Source of the DNA: a virus
Taxonomy: Duplodnaviria > Caudoviricetes
IMG/VR virus record: IMGVR_UViG_3300021600_000632
Span: 1-57,567 of that record
DNA length: 57,567 bases
Reading direction: 5' to 3' (one strand)
The stretch's first letter is position 1. Each line of letters starts with the position of its first letter. A model generated the notes under the pieces. That model worked only from the letters and a program-made list of their open reading frames with translations, was not told the DNA's origin and made no database searches. This document shows positions 1 to 9,900 of this stretch, piece by piece. The translations under genes and the position numbers were made by a program.

Positions 1-720
1 TTAACCCCTAACAACACATAATTTGGCATATTTTTGCCCAACAGTGGCCATAGCCGTCATCTCGGCGTGAGTAAACCTTGGCTTATTTTCCAATCCCCTA
101 CTCACTAAATCAGTATCAGATTTGAAAAATTGCAAATACCATTTATCAGCGCCAATAATCAACTGCCCCATCTGTTCAACGGCCTCAAGGTCATGCAAGC
201 CAGGCACGAGGGTCGTTCTAAACTCATATGGTAGGCCTGATTTTTTTATGATTGCAATGCTTTCCTCAATATTTTTCAAATCAACGGTCACGGCGGTGAC
301 CTGCTCATATTTAGCAAATGGTGCCTTGATATCCATTGCCACGTAATCAAGTAAATTTTGACTGAGTAAATCCTTGAGCATAACGGAATTCGTCCCATTT
401 GTATCGAGCTTGATCGCAAAACCCAAGTCTTTGATTTTTTTTATAAAAACTGGCAAGTCACGATGCAATGTCGGCTCACCGCCACTAATAACCACCCCAT
501 CTAGCTTGCCACGACGACTTTCTAAAAAAACAAAGAGATCAGACTCTATTATTTGCGAGTGATCTCTTTGATATTTCAACCTGCCGTCCTCAATGGGCCA
601 GACAAGCATGGGGTTATAACAATACTGACAACGAAAATTGCAACCTTGGGTAAAAATAATAGCAGCTAATTTGCCTGGATAATCTAAAAGCGTGAGTTTT
701 TCAATGCCACCTATTATCAT
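1..720 (-). CDS. nrdG: Anaerobic ribonucleotide reductase activating enzyme (radical SAM)
   Basis: GCNFRCQYCYNP CxxxCxxC motif, SGGEPT, KLDTNG; downstream of nrdD. Confidence 0.93.
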   Translation of the reverse strand: MIIGGIEKLTLLDYPGKLAAIIFTQGCNFRCQYCYNPMLVWPIEDGRLKYQRDHSQIIESDLFVFLESRRGKLDGVVISGGEPTLHRDLPVFIKKIKDLGFAIKLDTNGTNSVMLKDLLSQNLLDYVAMDIKAPFAKYEQVTAVTVDLKNIEESIAIIKKSGLPYEFRTTLVPGLHDLEAVEQMGQLIIGADKWYLQFFKSDTDLVSRGLENKPRFTHAEMTAMATVGQKYAKLCVVRG

Positions 721-755
721 ACGAATTTTCCCGTCTCAGTTCTGAACTGTATTTT

Positions 756-902
756 TTAACACTTACCTAATTGTTTGTCGTAAGTCTGACGATCACCGAA
801 CTCGCTCTTTTTGCCCAAATTCCAATTGCTAGTCGGAGTGATCCAACCGACAACGCGACTATAAACGGTGCATTCTTGTCTTTGTACTTCCTGTGGAGCC
901 AT
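756..902 (-). CDS. Stand-alone NrdD glycyl-radical C-terminal peptide (48 aa)
   Basis: Not in ORF track; hand translation MAPQEVQRQECTVYSRVVGWITPTSNWNLGKKSEFGDRQTYDKQLGKC; GAGGGA upstream; matches the NrdD YSRVVGY...WNxGKxxEFxDR tail. Confidence 0.85.
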   Translation of the reverse strand: MAPQEVQRQECTVYSRVVGWITPTSNWNLGKKSEFGDRQTYDKQLGKC

Positions 903-1001
903 ACATTTTGTTTGTCCCTCTTTGTATTGAACGGGATTAGATTAATTTTTTAATATTTTAATTAACTAACTGTTTAATTATACCACACCTTGCTACACTT
1001 T

Positions 1002-3083
1002 TTAACATTCCTCGCAAGCCTCACCCAAATTGACTGCCCTAACAACATCCACCTCACCATGAAAACCTAGCTCCTCATCACACTTTGGACAATAGCGATG
1101 CTCACCACTCAAATAGCCATGTTTAGGACAAATTGAGAAGGTCGGAGTAATCGTAAAGTATGGCAATTTATAGTTCTCAGCAATTTTCTTGACTAGCATC
1201 TTACAAGTCTCTGGGTCGTTAATTTTCTCACCCAAAAAGCCGTGAAGAACCGTACCGCCAGTGTATTTGGTTTGTAACTCATCTTGCATATCTAGCGCCT
1301 CAAAAATGTCATTGGTATAACCAACTGGTAAGTGCGTCGAATTAGTATAATAAGGCGCCACACCCTGCTCCTTCCAAGCCTTTTCATTGGCCACGATTAG
1401 ATCAGGATGCAATTCCTTGTCTTTCTTGGCAAAGCGGAAAGCAGCACCTTCGGCTGGTGAAGCCTCTAAGTTGTAAAGATTGTTGGTCGTATTTTGATAA
1501 TCCATCAAGCGTTCACGCATAAAGTCCATAGCTTCCAAAGCAAATTTCTTGCCCTCAGGGGTGGTCATGTTTTCACCGGTAAGATTGAGCAAGGCCTCGT
1601 TCATGCCATTGATACCAATAGTATTGAAGTGATTTTGCCAATAAGTACCGAAACGGGCATAAATATCGCCTAAATAAAATTTTGAATAAGGATAAAGACC
1701 AGTATCAGTAAAGCGCTCAATAATTTTGCGTTTTATTTCTAAACTTTCCTTAGCTAAATCCATAAGGCGTCCTAATCGATCATAAAACTCTTCTTTGGTC
1801 TTTGCCAAATAACCAATGCGTGCCAAATTAATCGTTACCACACCGAGTGAACCAGTCAAAGGATTAGCACCAAATAAGCCGCCACCACGCTTGCGTAATT
1901 CACGATTATCAAGACGCAAGCGACAACACATTGAACGCGCATCATCACGATCCATATCTGAATTTATAAAATTTGAAAAATATGGAATACCGTATTTAGC
2001 AGTCATTTCCCAGATCGGTTTCAGGACTGGATTTTCCCAATTAAAATTCTTGTCGATACTGTACGTTGGAATCGGAAAGGCAAAAACCCTTGAAGTAGCA
2101 TCACCTTCGATCATCACTTCGGCAAAGGCTTGATTGAACATGTCCATTTCTTTCTGGAAATCGCGGTATTTCTCTTCCATATACTTTCCGCCGATAATAA
2201 CATGTTCATCCCCAGTCATTTTTGAAGGGGTGACATCAAGTGTCACGTTTATAAAAGGTGTCTGAAAACCAACCCGAGTTGGCACATTCACATTAAACAT
2301 AAACTCTTGTAAGCACTGCTTAACATCTTTATATGACAAATTATCGTAACGAATAAATGGCGCCAAATAAGTATCAAAACTCGCAAAAGCCTGAGCGCCA
2401 GCTGCCTCACCTTGCAAGGTATACAAGAAATTCACCACCTGACCAAGCGTCGAACGAAAATGTTTTGGTGGCTTGGATTGCACTTTTTCTGAAACACCAG
2501 CAAAGCCTTTGAGCAAAACATCCTTCAAATCCCAACCGCAGCAATAAGGCGCGAGCAAGCCAAGGTCATGAATATGAAAATCAGCATTAACGTGAGCATC
2601 ACGAATAGCCTCTGGATAAAGCTTATTTAACCAGTAACGAGCGGAAACCGAAGATGAGATGTAATTGTTTAAGCCTTGAACCGAAAAACTCATATTTGAA
2701 TTTTCTTTCAAGCGCCAATCAGCTTGACCCAAGTAATCTTGCATTAATTTTTCCTCATCGATACGAGAATTTAACTCCCTAAGTTGTCGATGCTGATCGC
2801 GATAAATAATATAAGCTTTTGCCAGTTCTGTATCCTTACTCTCTATTAAAACCTCTTCGACTACATCTTGAATTTCCTCAACTGCGGGAATCGAACGAAA
2901 ATGAAATTTCTTGGCGACGCGCTCAACTGACAAAGCCGTTAAACGATCAGCCAATTGTTTGTCTGGACGACCAATCGCCTCTGTTGCCTTATAAATAGCA
3001 CTGACTATCTTGGCTGGATCAAATTCGACAATGGCGCCAGAACGTTTGCGGAGCTGAGTTATTCTTGTATTTTCTTGTTGCAT
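1002..3083 (-). CDS. nrdD: Class III ribonucleoside-triphosphate reductase with N-terminal ATP cone, lacking the glycyl-radical tail
   Basis: ATP cone (KRSG..FDPAKI), HIHDL, PYCCGW, SMCCRL finger loop, YTGGTVLH, CPKHG..CPKC zinc site. Confidence 0.95.
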   Translation of the reverse strand: MQQENTRITQLRKRSGAIVEFDPAKIVSAIYKATEAIGRPDKQLADRLTALSVERVAKKFHFRSIPAVEEIQDVVEEVLIESKDTELAKAYIIYRDQHRQLRELNSRIDEEKLMQDYLGQADWRLKENSNMSFSVQGLNNYISSSVSARYWLNKLYPEAIRDAHVNADFHIHDLGLLAPYCCGWDLKDVLLKGFAGVSEKVQSKPPKHFRSTLGQVVNFLYTLQGEAAGAQAFASFDTYLAPFIRYDNLSYKDVKQCLQEFMFNVNVPTRVGFQTPFINVTLDVTPSKMTGDEHVIIGGKYMEEKYRDFQKEMDMFNQAFAEVMIEGDATSRVFAFPIPTYSIDKNFNWENPVLKPIWEMTAKYGIPYFSNFINSDMDRDDARSMCCRLRLDNRELRKRGGGLFGANPLTGSLGVVTINLARIGYLAKTKEEFYDRLGRLMDLAKESLEIKRKIIERFTDTGLYPYSKFYLGDIYARFGTYWQNHFNTIGINGMNEALLNLTGENMTTPEGKKFALEAMDFMRERLMDYQNTTNNLYNLEASPAEGAAFRFAKKDKELHPDLIVANEKAWKEQGVAPYYTNSTHLPVGYTNDIFEALDMQDELQTKYTGGTVLHGFLGEKINDPETCKMLVKKIAENYKLPYFTITPTFSICPKHGYLSGEHRYCPKCDEELGFHGEVDVVRAVNLGEACEEC

Positions 3084-3127
3084 GGGGTGTATTAAAATTT
3101 TGCTTTTAAACTTAACTTAACGATAAA

Positions 3128-3589
3128 TTACTTCTTATCTTTGCCAACCAATTTATTTAACTCTTTTTTGAATTCAGCCAGATCCTTGAACGACTGATAG
3201 ACACTGGCAAAACGGATATAAGCAACTTTATCGATTTTTTTCAGATTTTTCATAATAATGAAACCGATTTGATGACTAGTTACCTCGTTTTTACCGCTAA
3301 CCTGTAAATCGCGCTCAATGGCATGCACTAATTTTTTAAAAATCTCATCGGTAATTGGCCTCTTTTCAAGTGCTCGCTTCAGGCCCCTGGTTAATTTTTC
3401 TCGATTGTAATTTTCCCGCCTGCCATCACGTTTAACGACCACTAGCTCAAGAATTTCTAACTCCTCATAGGTCGAATACCTGAAACCGCATTTTAAGCAC
3501 TCTCGACGGCGACGAATCGAAAAGCCATCGGTCGCAACGCGAGAATCTATAACTTTGGTGTCTTGATGATAACAAACTGGGCACTTCAT
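3128..3589 (-). CDS. nrdR: Transcriptional repressor NrdR
   Basis: MKCPVC..KVIDSR..IRRRRECLKC zinc ribbon, ATP cone, VAYIRFASVY. Confidence 0.97.
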   Translation of the reverse strand: MKCPVCYHQDTKVIDSRVATDGFSIRRRRECLKCGFRYSTYEELEILELVVVKRDGRRENYNREKLTRGLKRALEKRPITDEIFKKLVHAIERDLQVSGKNEVTSHQIGFIIMKNLKKIDKVAYIRFASVYQSFKDLAEFKKELNKLVGKDKK

Positions 3590-3698
3590 ATTTTATTTCT
3601 ATTTTTGAGTACAAAAAAACACCATATTTGCTTCAAATAACCTAATATTTTGAGCCAATGTTCGGTGTTTGATATGAGTCTGCTAAATTATCATGAGA

Positions 3699-3745
3699 TA
3701 CCATATCTTGTGCTTCTTGATTTAAGTATACCACCATATGTGGTA
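3699..3745. promoter_or_regulatory. Tandem NrdR boxes overlapping the probable nrdR-nrdD promoter
   Basis: TACCATATCTTGTG (3699-3712) and CACCATATGTGGTA (3732-3745), 33 bp apart, resemble CACwATATaTwGTG; minus-strand TATACT at 3725-3730 lies between them. Confidence 0.75.
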
Positions 3746-3886
3746 ATAACAAGCCCCTGTAAGTACGCTAAAATTCGTGGTTTTCCAGAGTTATTAACAG
3801 GTGATATTTATAATTTTATTATTTTATAAATATTCACTAGATTTATAATAAAAAATCAATTTTTTTATAGAAATAAAATTACCACT

Positions 3887-3923
3887 TATTCAATAAAACC
3901 GCTTAGCGCGGTTTTATTGAATA
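3887..3923. terminator. Perfect 16-bp hairpin, probable terminator of the giant gene
   Basis: TATTCAATAAAACCGC-ttagc-GCGGTTTTATTGAATA. Confidence 0.75.
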
Positions 3924-3991
3924 TTTACGTCTTAAATTAAACACTTATCGCCCATCTGGCGCTAAAATGACAATTCATACCTATATAGCTT

Positions 3992-6900
3992 TTATTTTAG
4001 CGCCATCGCAATGCTGCGCACGAGATTCCAGTCATTCTGATTTCTAGGACCATCCTTGTAAACTGTCTGATATTTTGCCAAGGCTTCTTTTTGTAATATT
4101 TGATCATTATCAGCAGAATTGGACAAGCCATAAGCGATTATATTCAATTGTTCACGACTTTTTTGATCATTTTTTGGCCTCATTTTATATACTTGTTCAT
4201 AGCGTTTTTCCGCCCAAATATTTCTACCCTTAATTAAGTGATCTGGAGTCAAACCATTAGCTATTCTCAAGACGTCAAACCAATCTTGTGTAGAATCTGG
4301 CAATCTTCCATAAATTGCCTCATAAGATTTAAGGAGATAATAGCGCTTATTCCAACTTATTTTTTGACTACTTTTTGTACCATAAATAATAAACGTGTTT
4401 AACGTGTTAATTTGAGTTTTTTCTGTCATTTTTAGTCCGAAATTTCTGATATATTTTTTCAGGCCATATCGCTCACTCATAAGGCTACGCTTAACTCCCA
4501 AAGTATTTAAATATATTTTTTTATTTTCCTGACTATTAATCAACGCTTGTGCCTCAAGAGTTAGGCCAACCTCTTGATTAATTATTTTTACACCCTGTAT
4601 TTTTTTTGGCACCACGGAGTCGTTCATTGATTGAATTTTTACCGTTGTTACAGGACTACTAACGCCAAATCTAGTATAAAATTTTGCATACAGAGTTTTA
4701 ATCCCTTGGCCACTACTTAAAAGCCAGTCGATGGTTTCGTGATATGCCTCAAGACTAGCATTCTTAAAATTACTAAATTCTGAGATTGCAACTTTTGACA
4801 CATCTGGGCCACCGATTAATTTTAATCTAATTATCTGGTCGTAAGTCTTTGAGATTTTTTCACCCGCCCTATTTATAACCTGGATAGCAAATTTCTCAAC
4901 CTGCCCTTCAGTACCAACTGGTGGACGAGGCGGTTTATACATATCAATATTAATATTAATACTAAAATCAGAATCATAATTAATTAATAATGTACCAGAT
5001 TCTGCTAACTTAAAATATTGATAAACTTCTTCGCCAAAATTATTAACAACCAAGACTCGATCATATAGGACACCATAAAACTGACTGCCACCCTTGGTAA
5101 TCTTAATTTTATAACTACCATTTTGATCATAATCCAACCCGACCTCACTAAAGGTGGAAGTAGCCACATCTTTAAGAAACAACTTATAAAATGAGCTGGT
5201 GGAATTAAGTGGAAGTAGGGTTATGCTAAAAAGATTAGTCTCGAGTTTTTTGGCCGTAATGGTTAGTTGTGGCTGGTTATCAGTTGCCAAGGGCATATAA
5301 AATGCTCCTGCCGTTTTTTGATCAACCTGATTTTCCCCAGGAGTACTAGTTAAGTCAAATTGCGCCGCAGCATGATCAACAATCTCAATCTCATTCGCAG
5401 CCGCCTGAGAAACATTAATAAACTTCAAGCCTACATTATCATTGTTCTTATTATAATTAACAATCAAGTCTAGTAGCTGAACATCACCCGGGGCTAAATC
5501 ATCTGACAAGGAAAATCTAACTTCGGTGGTAGTAGCGTGATTAATAAGCTCTTCAGCACCGGTCGTTGCAATCATTATCGCATTGGGCAAGAATATAGAG
5601 GCCTTGGGCTGATAAGCAATGGCTGAACCAACATTTTCTAATCTCACCTTCAAGCGAACGAAATTTTCTTCATGCGGTGATAATTTTTGTGTCGATAGTT
5701 TTTCACCAGTCGATTTACCGATAATTTCAGCAGAATAATTAGTTTCTAGATTTGCTCCAGCGGCCCGGACAATCCTGTATTGCGGATCGCTCATGCGTGC
5801 TGATTTTGTGAAAGAAAATGAATCAGTATAATCACTCTTTAGATTCTGATTAACCTTATTGTCTCCGTAGGGCAGATAAACGGAATGAGATCTTACGAGA
5901 AGATACAAGACGGCAGTATCAGGACCGCTGATTTGAGGAATTGGAAATTCACTAATTCCATTATCAGCCAAGCTTAAATTTATCTTTTGATTACCATTTT
6001 CAAGACTGGTTGTTGAAAAACTATAAGCTTCACCAAAATCATTACGACTATAGAGATTTTTTAAATTGGATTGTCGCAAAACCGGATTATTAGCAGCCGC
6101 GCGAAAGTTCTGTAATTCAGACCAAGAAATTCGCTTCACCGTCAGCGGATCAACGCCGTTCGGCATCTCATCGATTACAGCAATATTATGCGAATAACCA
6201 CTAGTCCGAAAAACTTTACCCGCTCGACTGCCCTGATCTGTCGCATAAGGCACGCCAAAACGGATACTGGGTAGATTTAATTGATAATCGTGACTAACCG
6301 GATCATGTGGATGGCCAGGATATTTATCAAAAAACTTTGGCACTAACGAAACATTTATATCATAGGTCTTACCGCGCAGACTAGCAGGTAAATCACTGGA
6401 AACCTTTAAATCAATTGCGTATGTTCCCTTATAACCGTCGCGGATAGTTGTAACATTAATATTATCAAAATCAAACAAGATGCCGGGCGTACCAACATTG
6501 TGCGTCGAGGGCATAATCTGCACATAATCACTAATCTCAAGTGGAATAGCGAAGTTTAGAAAATTAAAGCTTGTTGGCTGCTTTATCGCGTGCTTAGTTT
6601 TAGACAATAAATCATTGGCACTAATCGCTTCAGCAGGTAGATCAATTGACTCGATCGCCATCTGCCCATCAGTGCTTTTAATCAGATTCCAATCATAACC
6701 AGAATTGTTAAATAATTCTAACTTGACTGTCGTCGTATCGCCAGGCTCAAGAATACTACCATTAGCTTTAAGATTATTGGCCACACCAACTTGAATGGAC
6801 GTGACCGCATCACCAAAACCATAATTCTTTAGATATGGCGATTCAGTAAATTCTCGATCGGTCTCAACTTGATCGGCAATGGTAATTAAATGATAAATAT

Positions 6901-9900
6901 CAGAATTAAAGGTCGGTACCTCAACCGGAATGATTTCTTTGTTCATGGTTATATTACTTTGCATAGCCTCAATAACATTCACAACATTATCAAGCACCAG
7001 AAAGGAATTTGGTCCATTGGCCGGATTCCAATAGGTAAAGCGGCCACCGTCATTAATTTTGGCAAAGCCCTCAAAATTTACCCCAGAAATCGGATTAAGC
7101 TCAGAAACAATATTTATGGTCTCTTTGGCGCCACCACGCAAACCCACACCAAAATATAGCCAATCTTTAGCATCGGTCTTGACCACATTGTTAAACTCAT
7201 GAATTGTAGCTGGGTCATAAAGCAAATTACCACAATTATACTCAGTCAAACGAGCATCATTTTTCTCTAAATCTGGCGCAATCGGCACCACATTATTAAC
7301 ATAGACATTATTTGGATAGACAATTTTAGAATTAACTGGATCGACTTTCGCTCGACTACGATTAAACAAACAAGCATAAATATTGTTCATGGCTGCAGCC
7401 GCTTGCGGATAAGTTTGATCCATTTGATCAATGCGCACCATTTGTGTACCGAGCAACGATGACTTATCAATTGAAATACTATTTATGGACGCCTGCCCGA
7501 CCAAAAGGGTATCATCCTTATTTTGCAAATTATCGCTCATCCAACCAGTAATCAACTGCCCATCAACATTATATAGTTGTGATTGGTAATTAGGATTATA
7601 GGACAAGCTATAACCAAGCCCCTTGTAAATCGGCTGTGCGACAATATTATGAGGCCGTAGTAAACCGTTGCGAACATTATCCATATTTGGTAACAGGTTG
7701 TCCATATGATACGAATAGCCCTTGGAAAAGGCGCTATCGTCATAATCATAATGAGTCAGGCTCCACATGGGCTCAGTAATATATCCCGTCGGATAATAAT
7801 CAGCCACGGCTTGAGAATAATTCCAATTTCCTACCTCGCCCGAAGGACGTCGTGAAATTGTCGGCGTAGTACTTGATATTACAGGGCAATTATTTTCATG
7901 CTCACAGGTCGAAGCAGTTTTAATTTCATCACGCTGAATAGGAGTCAAAAGCTGGTTGCTAACTAAATCCCCTTGGCTCTGGTAACAAACGCCGTAAGTT
8001 GCAATATTTGATCGATGCAAATAGGCGTTTGCGACAGTTGTTGAGGCAAAAAAATTTGAAACGGGCAATACAAAATACTTACTAGATAAACCGTTGGCTA
8101 AATTAGCGTTTAGCAATACTTCGTTCGCCTTGCAAACTGTCGGCTCAAAATATTTTGGATAATTATTAAGAACTTTAACTTTGTATAGTACCTCTGCCTT
8201 TCGGTCACTCGCCCACTCAAGCTGTCGAGCACCAGAGGCTTTGTCACGTACTTCAAAGGTTGTGTTCATCATAAAGTTACGCAAAGGTGGTGGGATTGGC
8301 GGCACATCAGGCATGACCGTCCGAATCGGGGTTGACCACTGTCGCTTCCAAATATCCTGATAATCAACCCGAGCTGTTTCCTGGCTTGAGGGAATCACTT
8401 GCTTAATCCCAGTTTGTAAATATTCACGAAATGGAATCGAAGAGGCACCAATATTAGAAAAGGTCGAAAAACCACCATTACTCAAAACTAATCCTGGATC
8501 TGAAACTGGATGATTTTCCGCATAACCATAAACAGTTCGATGAGCTGCTAACTCTTGAATGTAAACACCGTAACGAACAAAAGGCTCAAAGTATTCATAT
8601 TTTTGGAAATAACTTTGATCACTTTGTGCACCGCGTTTTAAGCGAAATTTCATAACCAAGCTCGGCAAACTCAAGAAAGGCTTTTTAGTTAATTCCAAAT
8701 TATCAACAAAGACTGCTGACGTATAAACTGTCATATCTCCAGGACGACCGATGTCATAGTCAAGCTTTTCCAGCCCTGCTGTAATTGTAATTGGCTTATC
8801 AGTGTTAAGCCCTTCAAGATTTAAACGCAAGACATCTGGCTTGCCATTAGTCTGGTCCGGCATCTTACCACGAATAAAATCAACCCTAATCTTACTAGTG
8901 CTTGCTTCAAAATTAATCTTACGGACAGCGACGTGATCAGCGGATAAAGTAATTAAACCGCTAGCAATTGGATCAGCAGAAAAATTTACCCCATTAGGCA
9001 AAATAAAGGTAAAGCGCCCACCCTTCGGATTTGAACTCTGATCAAGTAGAAAATCAACTGAATGGGCTTTTATAAATTTAACCTCTGGGTAATTTTTATA
9101 TTCTCCAGTTGTCGTGCTAAAATATGCCAGATCGCTAGCCTCTCCAATCTGGTCCTCACTGGCCACCGGAAATAAGTAATGAGAAACTTTAATTTTACCA
9201 CCCGAGTAATTTTCTATTTGTGAATAATCTATTTTGGTCTTGTTATTCTTACACTGAAGGGCATTGTCATATTCATTGGCCTTAATCCCGCCAGCCTTCG
9301 TATCATTGAAATATCCAGCAGTCAAAATACCTTTAGCATTACCGCAAGTTGAACTGGCGAAACGATCAATCGTCAAATACGCATTTTTATCAGTAATGCC
9401 TTCAGGCAAGGGATAATTTTTGTTCGGATAAAAATAAACATCATTGCGAGCAAAAATCAAATTTTTCTTGGCCACTAAACCTTTTTGTAAATCAACGGGA
9501 ATATTGCCACCATAATAACTAGCAGCTCCATTGGGCTTGGTCGTGTCAATGTAAACAAGTTGTCGTTGCGTTGCCTGCTCATAATAATTACTAGCATCAG
9601 CAAAATATAATTGTTTAGCCGCCAAGCTTTCACTATTTACTGTATAGGCATAATCTTTGCCAATAATTTGCTCAATACTTTGTCCCTGGCAGCCAGTCGC
9701 TGCCGGTAAACCAGCTGCACTTCGATTCATTAATATTGTTTTGACGGGCGTATCCCAGTCAGCTGACAAAGTGACGTCACTACATTTTAATGACTGATAA
9801 TCTATATAATCATGATCTCGTTGACCCTCAAGCGAATTTATAAAGGGAAAGACAAAAGAATTTGCCGTTTTTCTGGCTTGATAATAGTTATCAGCAAACT

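Noticed and set aside
771-953. Plus-strand 60-aa ORF in the track
   Set aside because: Antisense shadow of the NrdD glycyl-radical peptide gene
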